A stretch of DNA of 64,000 bases from Escherichia phage vB_Eco4M-7. Location: sequence record MN176217; one strand, given 5' to 3'. The position numbers were made by a program, and so were the translations under genes. The notes beneath the pieces are model-generated. The model was given only the letters and a program-made list of their open reading frames with translations. It did no database searches and had not been told where the DNA came from. Every line of letters begins with the position of its first letter. Position 1 is the first letter of the stretch. This document shows, in pieces, positions 1 to 8,360 of this stretch.

Positions 1-34
1 GACGCTGATCAGACTTTAATTCAATGGGTAAGGT

Positions 35-460
35 TTGATAACACTGGCGGCGGCAAATATCGCTACTATGGCGACGAGCGATTCACCACTAAATTCTATA
101 AGGTACTCGACCATGGCTCATGTTAAAGACGAAGTGTTGTATGGCGCAGAAATTAAGAAGCGCGTGCGTGAGATGGCTTCCGGTGGCACGCTGCTGCCGC
201 CGCGCGTTCGATGCGACCATGTGATTGGCGTATCCGGCACGAAGGAGATGGGCGTGTTGGTAAAAGACATTCGCATTGGCGATGTCATGGTCATCGACCG
301 ACAAGCGCGCGTCGTTATCCAGGTACAGCCGAACGATGATGAAGGTTGTGTCCTATTGAAGCTGAAGAAGCTTTCATCAAGCCCAGCGAAGGCCGTCATC
401 AAGAAGGTTTGGCCCGAAGGATTACGCAAACTCATCCGTCGACCCGTGGAGAATGTTTAA
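35..460 (+). CDS. hypothetical early protein
   Basis: ORF track, 141 aa; first gene of a long plus-strand run of small coupled ORFs; no recognisable motif. Confidence 0.45.
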   Translation: MITLAAANIATMATSDSPLNSIRYSTMAHVKDEVLYGAEIKKRVREMASGGTLLPPRVRCDHVIGVSGTKEMGVLVKDIRIGDVMVIDRQARVVIQVQPNDDEGCVLLKLKKLSSSPAKAVIKKVWPEGLRKLIRRPVENV

Positions 461-696
461 TGGAAGATTATATTAACGCCATGTATATGGCATTCTATGT
501 CGTGCAACTTCCCAATGGCGCGGTATTCTATGGCGAGTATACCTTTGACGTTCAATATGACGTTTCAGAGCGTACAGTGTTAACAAGGGAGTTGATTGCG
601 GACCTTAAGGACGACATAAAACGCGTCGCGCGGCAGCAGTTCAATTTGGATGACACAGTCATCGTTCGAATTACCGGAATAACAGAGGTGCAGTGA
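460..696 (+). CDS. hypothetical early protein
   Basis: Internal ATG at 460 (MEDYINAMY...) overlaps upstream stop (TAATGG); ORF track frame 346..696. Confidence 0.45.
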   Translation: MEDYINAMYMAFYVVQLPNGAVFYGEYTFDVQYDVSERTVLTRELIADLKDDIKRVARQQFNLDDTVIVRITGITEVQ

Positions 697-1025
697 TGAC
701 CCGTGATCAGATACTCGCCGCGCACAGACGCGGATCAGTAAAAGACATCTGGAAAAGACACAACTCATTTGCCGAAGCCTATTACTTCTTAAAGAAGTGC
801 ATAAAAGAGAATGTGAGGATGGGCGATACCGTTTTGACATTCAACCTTTTGTCTTATGGCAATAAGCTTAATGCAATATATGCTTGTCGCCTTGCAAGCA
901 TGAGGTTTGATGCAGGCAGCGACGGAGAGTTAACCATCTATCGATTCTCTCACCGGACGGGTGATACAAAGATAACAAGGACAAGGCACGAGATAGAGAT
1001 TGACCTACTCCACTATGTAAAATGA
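693..1025 (+). CDS. hypothetical early protein
   Basis: ORF track 110 aa; start overlaps upstream stop (ATGA). Confidence 0.5.
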   Translation: MMTRDQILAAHRRGSVKDIWKRHNSFAEAYYFLKKCIKENVRMGDTVLTFNLLSYGNKLNAIYACRLASMRFDAGSDGELTIYRFSHRTGDTKITRTRHEIEIDLLHYVK

Positions 1026-1030
1026 ATATC

Positions 1031-1063
1031 AAAAAGGTGAGCTAAATGCTTGCCTTTTCTTTT
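1031..1063 (+). terminator. rho-independent terminator-like hairpin (copy 1 of repeated cassette)
   Basis: AAGGTGAGC / GCTTGCCTT stem with G-U wobbles (1034-1056) followed by T-rich run; same 25-mer repeated at 2285. Confidence 0.5.
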
Positions 1064-1078
1064 ATCAATACTTATACT
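1050..1078 (+). promoter_or_regulatory. sigma70-like promoter TTGCCT-N17-TATACT
   Basis: -35 TTGCCT 1050-1055 (inside 3' arm of the hairpin), -10 TATACT 1073-1078, upstream of ORF 1111. Confidence 0.45.
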
Positions 1079-1110
1079 CTTTTCATCAAGACGAACAAGT
1101 GAGGTGAATT

Positions 1111-1428
1111 ATGATTTACTTAGGCATCGACAAGGAACAAGACGAGCGGTTAGGAAGCGTGTTAAACGTAGACTTGAACACAGCTGTACACATTAAGCCT
1201 TGGCCAGAGGCGCACCCCGACGTAGTTGTACCCGTTGCGCCTTGGACGCGTTACGTGGCCATTGACGATGACGGTCTTGTTCATTGTTATTCAGAAAAAC
1301 CGACATACTTCGAAAAGTATCGCCAATGGCTCATGACTGGATGGGCAAAGGTGCGCTGTTGCGGCGAAGTCGGTCTGGAAGGCTGGAGCTTCGAGGCTAG
1401 TGAATCGTTTGTCGAGGTGCAATTATGA
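1111..1428 (+). CDS. hypothetical early protein
   Basis: ORF track 105 aa; RBS GTGAGGTG upstream. Confidence 0.55.
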   Translation: MIYLGIDKEQDERLGSVLNVDLNTAVHIKPWPEAHPDVVVPVAPWTRYVAIDDDGLVHCYSEKPTYFEKYRQWLMTGWAKVRCCGEVGLEGWSFEASESFVEVQL

Positions 1429-1643
1429 ATGCCGCGCTGGGTAAGTTGTCATTCAACAAGCGTAACGAGCTGCGCATGGTGTCGCGCTTCCAGTTTGTAT
1501 TGAACTCGATGTCGAATCTTGCCATCACGATGCTTCGCGCTGATTGCCCTGCTGAAAAGCGTGAGACTTTATTTGAACGTCACAACCAATTACGAAAGGC
1601 TGCTTATAAGCTGCAGCAATATGCTATGGAGTATGCAAAATGA
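1425..1643 (+). CDS. hypothetical early protein
   Basis: ORF track 72 aa; ATGA overlap with upstream gene. Confidence 0.5.
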   Translation: MNAALGKLSFNKRNELRMVSRFQFVLNSMSNLAITMLRADCPAEKRETLFERHNQLRKAAYKLQQYAMEYAK

Positions 1644-2023
1644 GAATGAAGCGTTGCCCTTACTGCCACGATGTAATGCACCTTCCACACAAAGAGTTTG
1701 TGCAGCACATGACTAACTGTGATAAGAATCCTAAGAGCGAAAGCCAACTTGAAGAAAGAATGTTCTTGGTGTCATTCAAAGCTTCTGCTTATGAAGTGCA
1801 ACGTTCTTACGGCGCACCAAGTACGATTTACTGCCCAACAACATTGAGAAGTGACATTGACTCAATTCAGCTTGCGGCCTGGATTAACGTTAAGGAAGGA
1901 ATCACGCCGCACTTTATTGCACGCATCCAATCTCAGATTCTACAAATCAAGCGCGAATACAACCGTGACATCACTGAAGTGAAGGTGTTGTCTATCACAC
2001 CGATGAATAAGGAGTTGCCGTGA
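1640..2023 (+). CDS. hypothetical protein with N-terminal CxxC...H...C zinc-ribbon-like motif
   Basis: ORF track 127 aa; MRMKRCPYCHDVMHLPHKEFVQHMTNCD. Confidence 0.5.
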   Translation: MRMKRCPYCHDVMHLPHKEFVQHMTNCDKNPKSESQLEERMFLVSFKASAYEVQRSYGAPSTIYCPTTLRSDIDSIQLAAWINVKEGITPHFIARIQSQILQIKREYNRDITEVKVLSITPMNKELP

Positions 2024-2280
2024 ACAAGGGTCCGATGACTAAGTTAGCCGTTGCCGCGCGGAAGCTTCGACAAGCCGTTAATGGGTCGCGGCCCGTGGTG
2101 TTAACACTCGACGACGCAAAGGCACTGGTAGAGCTACTCGACGAGCACAACCGACGCAAGAATCTGGAGAACACATTACGCTGGCGCGTTACTCCGAAAG
2201 GGCGGGAGAGCGAAAAGAAAGCTTACTTGCGGCGTAAACTAAGGTCGGTCGGCCTTCACGAAGAGGCGAAGAATATTTAA
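2020..2280 (+). CDS. hypothetical basic protein
   Basis: GTG start 6 nt after AGGAG; overlaps upstream stop; 86 aa. Confidence 0.45.
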   Translation: MNKGPMTKLAVAARKLRQAVNGSRPVVLTLDDAKALVELLDEHNRRKNLENTLRWRVTPKGRESEKKAYLRRKLRSVGLHEEAKNI

Positions 2281-2286
2281 TTCAAA

Positions 2287-2316
2287 AAGGTGAGCTAAAT
2301 GCTTGCCTTTTTATTT
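2287..2316 (+). terminator. rho-independent terminator-like hairpin (copy 2)
   Basis: Exact repeat of the 1031-1058 hairpin, followed by T run. Confidence 0.5.
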
Positions 2317-2330
2317 GCCTGTATTATACT
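2303..2330 (+). promoter_or_regulatory. sigma70-like promoter TTGCCT-N16-TATACT
   Basis: -35 TTGCCT 2303-2308, -10 TATACT 2325-2330; RBS AAGGAG at 2344. Confidence 0.45.
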
Positions 2331-2352
2331 TAGTTCATCAAGCAAAGGAGAA

Positions 2353-2661
2353 ATGAGTATGAGTTACGACGAAAGGTTTGGCAGAAGCGGATTATTTCAT
2401 GACGCTGTACACAAAGACAGCAAAGATGTTGTCTGCGCATTCAAGGTTGATTCTTACGGTACACTGAAACCTTTTAAGGTCGGCGAAACATACAAGCTGT
2501 TTCACGGCTGGTTGACGCGTCGCAACAACTTGCCTGACATGGAAGTCTGGTGGATAGAATACAAGGGTCAGGCTCATCGTTGCAAGGTTGTAGAGGTGCG
2601 CGGCGTGGAATACTATCAATCTGTTATCAGCGGCTTTGTTTTTAAAGAGGGTGAGCTATGA
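2353..2661 (+). CDS. hypothetical protein (FKVG-x-TY paralog family)
   Basis: ORF track frame 2299..2661 trimmed to ATG after AAGGAG; shares FKVGETYKLF motif with ORF 3646..3987. Confidence 0.5.
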   Translation: MSMSYDERFGRSGLFHDAVHKDSKDVVCAFKVDSYGTLKPFKVGETYKLFHGWLTRRNNLPDMEVWWIEYKGQAHRCKVVEVRGVEYYQSVISGFVFKEGEL

Positions 2662-2978
2662 GTACCGAAGCGATGAAGAAAAAGATTTTGAACGCTTTGC
2701 AAGAAGCCGTGAACTGTGGTGCAATTAAAGAGTTCAAGGAGACGCAAGAAGGCGGTGAGCCAGTATTCTTCTTTAAGAATAAAAAGGACGGTGTTGCAGC
2801 AATCATGCTATTAAAGAATAGCGATGACACATTTGTTCTTTGCGTCGGCGGGTATGACCTTGTTGCAGACGATATATTCATAACCTGTGCTGGCAGCCTT
2901 GACACTGTTCTGACTTTTTCGCGTCGCGACATCCGTGTTGCAACGTTCGGAGGGAAATATTATGACATCCAACCTTAA
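2658..2978 (+). CDS. hypothetical protein
   Basis: ORF track 106 aa; ATGA overlap. Confidence 0.5.
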   Translation: MSTEAMKKKILNALQEAVNCGAIKEFKETQEGGEPVFFFKNKKDGVAAIMLLKNSDDTFVLCVGGYDLVADDIFITCAGSLDTVLTFSRRDIRVATFGGKYYDIQP

Positions 2979-3126
2979 AGCCCGTTTGTTATTCATCAAG
3001 CTGCATGTGCCATATAAGATTAGTAAGCGCACCTGGCTTAACATTTACAACCGCGGCGGCGACCGTTGTTTGTACAAGGCAAAGCGGCGCAAGAAGGTAT
3101 ATTCTTACACAACATCAATCAAATAA
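2962..3126 (+). CDS. small basic hypothetical protein
   Basis: ATG at 2962 after GGAGGG; in frame with ORF track 2935..3126. Confidence 0.3.
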   Translation: MTSNLKARLLFIKLHVPYKISKRTWLNIYNRGGDRCLYKAKRRKKVYSYTTSIK

Positions 3127-3142
3127 ATAGGATAAGACAACA

Positions 3143-3646
3143 ATGAAAATCGAACAACTCGAAGCAGTATTGGAAATGGCTGTGAAGGCAGGCGCAATCA
3201 GAAGCTATAGCCGCGAGAAGTCGGATGACGCTGCGCACTTTTGTCGCAACTTCTATATTGTCGGCAACCTTAACGACCACTACACCATCGAGTGGTATAC
3301 TAATATGATGACGCTTAAGTCGCGCACCATGGAGCTTTGGTGCGATGACATCTGCTTATCCAACACCCATCCATCCTACGACGTTGCGTTGGCATTCTAT
3401 TACGGAAGCCGTCAACCTGTCGCCCACATCGGTGAGAAGCATGAGCATCTTAAGGCGCGACCAGAGGAATCAATGGAAGGTTGGATTGAATGGGCTGGCG
3501 GCAAGAATCCGGTGCCTGGTAAGAAGGTCATGTTGATGTGGAGGAATGAAGAGAAGTCTTCTTATTCATCCAATTCAGAAGGATGGCTATGGCAGCACAA
3601 CGGAAGCGTTTATGACATCATTGCTTATCGCGTCGTGGAGGAATAA
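3143..3646 (+). CDS. hypothetical protein (shares C-terminal NPVPG...AYRVV domain with 4790..5221)
   Basis: ORF track 167 aa; C-terminus GGKNPVPGKKVMLMWRN...YDIIAYRVVEE. Confidence 0.55.
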   Translation: MKIEQLEAVLEMAVKAGAIRSYSREKSDDAAHFCRNFYIVGNLNDHYTIEWYTNMMTLKSRTMELWCDDICLSNTHPSYDVALAFYYGSRQPVAHIGEKHEHLKARPEESMEGWIEWAGGKNPVPGKKVMLMWRNEEKSSYSSNSEGWLWQHNGSVYDIIAYRVVEE

Positions 3647-3987
3647 TGGAAGAGCAAGAAGGCCGTGAGCTCACGTTCGACGAGCAGATGCAAGAGCTTC
3701 AGCGCACATCGCCGCTGCGCGGTAAGGTTGTTGACATCGAGGCGAGCGAATCCAATCTCACCCAGTGGCGACTCAAGTGCACCAGCACAAGCAAGGATAT
3801 GTTAAGCTTCAAAGTCGGTCAAACCTATTTGCTTTATGAGGCAAAAGGACTTATTATTGATGGAAGGCAAATTGTCTTCACAGTAGTCAGCGGAATGCGT
3901 TGGTTCGTGAAGCGTGATGTCGAGGGCCGTGACATGTTTGTCGCAGGCTTTCCAGAAGCAAGATTCCAATTGGAGAAGGTTAAATGA
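3646..3987 (+). CDS. hypothetical protein (FKVG-x-TY paralog family)
   Basis: ORF track 113 aa; SFKVGQTYLLYEAKG. Confidence 0.5.
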   Translation: MEEQEGRELTFDEQMQELQRTSPLRGKVVDIEASESNLTQWRLKCTSTSKDMLSFKVGQTYLLYEAKGLIIDGRQIVFTVVSGMRWFVKRDVEGRDMFVAGFPEARFQLEKVK

Positions 3988-4316
3988 AATTGAAATGGTA
4001 TGTGGACCCTGAGCCGACAGGCTCATACAGGTCATTCCAACGTCGCGGCTGGCCGATTTGTTACAGCGGCAATCCCGATAAAGAAGACTGCGAGATGATC
4101 GCCGCGATAGTAAGTCTTAACCATGACGGCTATGAAGGCCACTATGCGAGAGCAACCAACCTTCGGCTCAAGGTGCGCATCCATTTCAAGGTCGCAGGCG
4201 AGGACCGCACCGGACTCTCTAAGGAAGAGTTCAGCAGCATTGCCGAAGCAAAGGCATGGCTCAAGGCATTCTATAAGAACAACCCTAAATTCTATCCAAC
4301 TAAGGACGCATCATGA
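3984..4316 (+). CDS. hypothetical protein
   Basis: ORF track 110 aa; ATGA overlap. Confidence 0.5.
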   Translation: MKLKWYVDPEPTGSYRSFQRRGWPICYSGNPDKEDCEMIAAIVSLNHDGYEGHYARATNLRLKVRIHFKVAGEDRTGLSKEEFSSIAEAKAWLKAFYKNNPKFYPTKDAS

Positions 4317-4501
4317 CTAATAAAACACAGCTCATCAATTTTGAAGGCAAAGAATACGAAATAGACGCTCGTGCGCGATTCGTTGCGCGCGATTCTAACG
4401 GAACCATCTGGGCGTATGAGGGTAAACCTGCATGGAACGATTGGCGCGGCCAGTGGGGGATATGCAATTGGCGATTCACTTTGGTGCAAGCAAATTGGTG
4501 A
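4313..4501 (+). CDS. hypothetical protein
   Basis: ORF track 62 aa; Trp-rich. Confidence 0.4.
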   Translation: MTNKTQLINFEGKEYEIDARARFVARDSNGTIWAYEGKPAWNDWRGQWGICNWRFTLVQANW

Positions 4502-4508
4502 TGGAAAG

Positions 4509-4805
4509 ATGTTCGAAGAGAACAGACCAGCATCACGTGATTCATTAAAGGAAGTGGCAGAAATCAAAATCCAAGACCAAGCGCCATCGACCGATAACCA
4601 ATATGCAGTCGGGCAACGTGACATCGAGCAACTCGACGAGGGCGGCTATTATACGCGCCACATCTATGCCATGACGCATGAAGGACTTTACAGCAAGTCA
4701 GACATCGCCGCTGAACTGGCCCATCGTGACTTGCAAATTGACCTTCTCAAGATAGAAGTGCAAAACTTACGCAACACCCTTTTGAATACTTGGAGCTTAA
4801 AATGA
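4509..4805 (+). CDS. hypothetical protein
   Basis: ATG at 4509 just after upstream stop at 4501, in frame with ORF track 4371..4805. Confidence 0.45.
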   Translation: MFEENRPASRDSLKEVAEIKIQDQAPSTDNQYAVGQRDIEQLDEGGYYTRHIYAMTHEGLYSKSDIAAELAHRDLQIDLLKIEVQNLRNTLLNTWSLK

Positions 4806-5221
4806 CGCAACGTTATGATGTTGATTATTGCACGCAGCACGCTTGCACCTGCGAAGTTGTAAAGGATGATGAAGGCGGCTACGTTGAATATGAGGACTAC
4901 GCCGCGCTGGAAGCGAAATACAGTGAAGCGCAACGCGAGTTGGTTGCATTACGCTCACAGGTCCGTGATGCGTCGGTGCTCGTTAAGCAGTTGCATGACG
5001 TTGTTGCTACTATAGGCGTGGATGATGCGCCGAAGGAGGAAGCGTGGACCGTTTGGGAATCCAACGCAACCAATCCCGTCCCAGGACGTATGGTGATGTA
5101 TATGTTGCGCGACGGCTATGAATCTAAATCACCTGTGCTTTCCGATGGGTTGCGTTGGGAGATGATGGGACTGCCACACGGAACGGACATCGTCGCTTAT
5201 CGGGTTGTTAAGGAGGGGTGA
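4790..5221 (+). CDS. hypothetical protein (paralogous C-terminal domain to 3143..3646)
   Basis: ORF track 143 aa; alternative ATG at 4802; C-terminus NPVPGRMVMYMLRD...DIVAYRVVKEG. Confidence 0.55.
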   Translation: MELKMTQRYDVDYCTQHACTCEVVKDDEGGYVEYEDYAALEAKYSEAQRELVALRSQVRDASVLVKQLHDVVATIGVDDAPKEEAWTVWESNATNPVPGRMVMYMLRDGYESKSPVLSDGLRWEMMGLPHGTDIVAYRVVKEG

Positions 5222-5754
5222 TGGGTAACGATGCAGGATGGGGCAAGCCGCGATACTCAAAACTTGCCCACTACTTTGACGACGGCGAGCAAATCAGCTT
5301 GTGCGGTAAATTCAGCAAAGGCAATACAGAGTTGACCGACGCTCAAGAAATGGAATCAAGTTTAACAATTGGTGATTGTTCTAAATGTCGCAAGGCATTA
5401 TATGAGTTATTAACTCTAAGGGGATTGGAAGCGGCAAAATCAAGGGATGAATGGGTCATTAACGTCTGTGAAGGGAATCCAGAATTAATGGATGAATGGC
5501 TAAAGACGGATGCTGTTAATGCCATTTTCAAAAGGCATTATAAAACTTGTATGCGTTACAAGATGAATGATGATATTATTTTTATGGTATTATCTTATTC
5601 AAGGAGCACAATGGACGTCAAAAAGCTTCGACAATATCGCCACAAGGTAATGTGTGAATTACGCCGTTTAGGAGTGATTGTGGATAATAATGTTATTAAA
5701 ACGGAGTTAAAGAAGCGTGATAAAAGGAATGGTGACTGGAAGGTCAGCGGATAA
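5218..5754 (+). CDS. hypothetical Cys-containing protein; last gene of early operon
   Basis: ORF track 178 aa; 3' third is AT-rich with an internal AAGGAG-ATG at 5612. Confidence 0.4.
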   Translation: MMGNDAGWGKPRYSKLAHYFDDGEQISLCGKFSKGNTELTDAQEMESSLTIGDCSKCRKALYELLTLRGLEAAKSRDEWVINVCEGNPELMDEWLKTDAVNAIFKRHYKTCMRYKMNDDIIFMVLSYSRSTMDVKKLRQYRHKVMCELRRLGVIVDNNVIKTELKKRDKRNGDWKVSG

Positions 5755-6180
5755 AGAACATTGATTCGTGTGTTTTGAAGAATGGAATGTGTACAATTGG
5801 TCGCTTTACGCGGCCTTTTTGTCGTTTGGGTCGTGTTTTGTGATAGAATAATTATGACGAGGTGTTTTATTTATTAATTGTGCGGAAATATTTAGAAATA
5901 TATACAAACAGGATTGTTAATATTTTAATAGTGTATGGCTATTGGTCCGTGGTGTTTGTTAGATTCTATCTATGGATTGGATTTTCTTGGGTCGTGGAAC
6001 GTGGTTTTGAACACATTTGATACGCCTAAAATACGGTTAAAAATTAAGCGTATCATGGCTGCAGGCCGCGCCGTTCCTGGATTCCTATTTTCAAAAGTGG
6101 TACACCCTTACGTCATGATACGTCATGGTTTTCTATCCGTAAGAGTGTACAGCCCTTGCCGCGCCTGGCTTGTACATTAA

Positions 6181-6326
6181 TCTTACGGATGATACGGATA
6201 AAACTGAGCATCGTTATATATAGAATTCGAAAAATTAATTAACTCCATTTTAAAAACATTTATATTAATTTTTTTCATATCCTCATACTTATGTTAATTT
6301 ATATATTTAACGTATCATCCGTAAGA
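6181..6326. repeat. inverted-repeat element A: TCTTACGGATGATACG arms flanking ~110 bp AT-rich core
   Basis: 6181-6199 TCTTACGGATGATACGGAT; 6311-6326 is its reverse complement; extra ATACG boxes at 6018, 6112, 6355-6378. Confidence 0.8.
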
Positions 6327-6606
6327 TATAAGTAAAAACAAAGACTTGCGGCAATACGGATGATACGTCATGATACGCTTCAACCAGCCAGCAGCGGCTA
6401 AGTCATTGATTTGCATAACAAGCGGCGAAAGGGATGGATTTCTTTTATACGTATCAAACAGTACACCACGCACCACGGTCCGCAATCCTATTTGCACTAT
6501 GATTTGTGTACGTTTATAGCCATAATGAACATCAATCTGCACTTGAATATAATGTCCATCCATTGTATAATTCACACTATTAATTTGCACTATGGGATTT
6601 TGCACT

Positions 6607-7080
6607 ATGAGTCAAGATTATGTAGCGATGCCTGAAGACTTTGAAGACCCGCGATTCGCAGAGCACAATCAGGCTTTATTCGATGAGTTCATTGACCTTG
6701 TTATTCAGGGCCATGACATGCGCGCAGCTTTTGCACTAGTATTTGGAATGGAAGTTGCAACGGATAACTACACTGGCCAGCGAATCCTTTGCACGCAACG
6801 CAATCCATACTACAAGATGCGCTTCAAAAAGCGTATGGAAGAGATGCCACTCAAGGATTTGTGGAGCGTAAAAGGTGCAATTCACAATTTGGTCAAGCTT
6901 GTGCGTGATCCAGAAGTCGCAGCGTCAGCCAAGCTTAATGCTATTCGTGAACTGAATATCATCTACGACATCACGATGATTGATGAAAACGGCAACAGCA
7001 AGATGGGCCGTTCCATGGACGATTTCTACAAGGATTTTGGAGAGGCGGCCAAAGAAGGCGAGCAATTCTCCCGCCACTAG
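6607..7080 (+). CDS. putative HTH DNA-binding protein, possibly terminase small subunit-like
   Basis: ATG at 6607 overlaps the third TTTGCACTAT motif; N-terminal FDEFIDLVIQGHDMRAAFALVFG resembles small-terminase HTH (recalled pattern, not searched). Confidence 0.35.
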   Translation: MSQDYVAMPEDFEDPRFAEHNQALFDEFIDLVIQGHDMRAAFALVFGMEVATDNYTGQRILCTQRNPYYKMRFKKRMEEMPLKDLWSVKGAIHNLVKLVRDPEVAASAKLNAIRELNIIYDITMIDENGNSKMGRSMDDFYKDFGEAAKEGEQFSRH

Positions 7081-7099
7081 CCAATTTGCACTATAAAAC

Positions 7100-7133
7100 G
7101 GCCCTAGAACACATTGTCTCCAATTCTAGGGCC
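7100..7133. other. 10-bp perfect stem-loop GGCCCTAGAA/TTCTAGGGCC
   Basis: Inverted repeat just after the stop of 6607..7080; no obvious U-tract. Confidence 0.5.
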
Positions 7134-7508
7134 ATCGGTAATACGACGGGGAAGGTTGCAACCGTAAACGCGTTAGAAAGTGTATTATTATAAGTCATCT
7201 TTTAGTCACCTTACGTAACAATTTACGACCTTCAACCGTCCAATCGAACGACTCCACCAGCAGATTCGCACTATAACCTAAGACCACTCGACCCTTCTCG
7301 TTATCGACCCGCCAGCAAGTCTCGAATAGCATTCGATTTGCACTATTAACTATTGCTGCGACTCGCGTAGGATAAGCGCAATTTGCACTATGGTCGTAAA
7401 GGGATAAGGTGCGACCACTTCCGATGGACAACGTAGCGATGAGAATGAGCGTATTCATAAGCCACCAATTTGCACTATGAAAAGCGACCCCGAAGGGCCG
7501 CCATTCGA

Positions 7509-8135
7509 TTAGATAATCTGGAAGGTGTAGGACTTGTTGCCGAACTCGAAGTTCAAGCGTCCAGCTTCTTTAAGCTTCATGCGGAAGCGAATATGCTTGC
7601 TATCCGGCAAGCCCAGCGCGGCGAACGCTACGCGGACCGATTTGAACTCGCCTACACCCTCGACCATAACGCCGTTACGGGTGAGACGCTTTTGCGCCAC
7701 TTCTTTATTATCCCAACTTTTTGCAATACCTTTGCTATTCGAACGGCGATGGGAAGGAATTGCAATTTTATTCGCTCCAACCGGAGCATCATTAAGGCCG
7801 CTTTTAACGAAGGCTTCATATTCTTCGTCGGTCATCGCGTCGAGTTCTTCCTGGGTCGGCTCGGCCTTTTTAACGACCGCGCGCGCCTTATGCGTTTTTA
7901 CATCACTGGACACTTCCTCGCGAGACTTTGCGTCTGGGATGGGCGATTCGTTGGACGGATCATCGAGCGCGTTTAAGGATTCGATTAACGCGATTACGCG
8001 AGTCTCAGCGGTGCGACGGTCCGCGAATTTTTTAATCGGCTTTGAGCCTGAATTTTCGTTATAGAATGCAACGAGGTCGGCGGTCTTGGTTGCGATTACG
8101 TCGCCGCTGGTGGAGAAACGATTCAAACTGGCCAT
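7509..8135 (-). CDS. hypothetical protein
   Basis: ORF track 208 aa; strong RBS AGGAG 8 nt upstream of ATG; protein-like composition unlike the overlapping plus-strand ORF. Confidence 0.6.
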   Translation of the reverse strand: MASLNRFSTSGDVIATKTADLVAFYNENSGSKPIKKFADRRTAETRVIALIESLNALDDPSNESPIPDAKSREEVSSDVKTHKARAVVKKAEPTQEELDAMTDEEYEAFVKSGLNDAPVGANKIAIPSHRRSNSKGIAKSWDNKEVAQKRLTRNGVMVEGVGEFKSVRVAFAALGLPDSKHIRFRMKLKEAGRLNFEFGNKSYTFQII

Positions 8136-8180
8136 AATAAACTCCTAGTTTGGGAGCGGTGTCAACGACCTATTCGTTAA

Positions 8181-8243
8181 CTCATCCGTCCCGATATGAG
8201 TACATTATAATATAGTGTAGAAAAAAAGTAAAGCACTTTTTCG
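8181..8243 (-). promoter_or_regulatory. promoter-like element (minus-strand copy)
   Basis: Reverse complement reads CGAAAAAGTGCTTTAC...TACACT...TATAAT, near-identical to the 8664 element. Confidence 0.5.
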
Positions 8244-8275
8244 ATAAAAATGAGATAAATTATTTTATCTTTTTT

Positions 8276-8318
8276 CTTTACTTCTTCGTACACTCGCGTA
8301 TACTTGTTTATATCGAGA
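8276..8318 (+). promoter_or_regulatory. promoter-like element (copy 2)
   Basis: CTTTACTTCTTCGTACACT (exact 19-mer shared with 8674) + TATACT 8299-8304 + GTTTATATCGAGA. Confidence 0.5.
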
Positions 8319-8360
8319 CGGGCGATGGCCCTTCCTTCTAATAGCATCGGGAGTTTTATT

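Larger units (their letters stand above)
6491..7478 (+). repeat. array of eight (A)ATTTGCACTAT motifs, all same orientation
   Basis: Copies at 6491, 6584, 6599, 7085, 7265 (TTCGCACTAT), 7338, 7382, 7469. Confidence 0.8.

Noticed and set aside
5935-6635. ORFs 5935..6180 (+), 6315..6605 (-), 6411..6635 (+)
   Set aside because: Fall in the repeat-rich AT-rich non-coding region; translations are low-complexity and lack RBS; treated as non-coding
7195-7458. 87-aa minus-strand ORF
   Set aside because: Overlaps three same-strand TTTGCACTAT motif copies and has a poorly spaced RBS; more likely part of the motif array, though not excluded
6491-7478. Repeat array as a possible CRISPR array
   Set aside because: Repeats are ~12 bp with irregular 15-180 bp spacing and no cas genes; not CRISPR-like
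7470-7976. 168-aa plus-strand ORF
   Set aside because: Antisense to the better-supported 7509..8135 gene (strong RBS, balanced composition); Arg/Phe-rich junk-like translation
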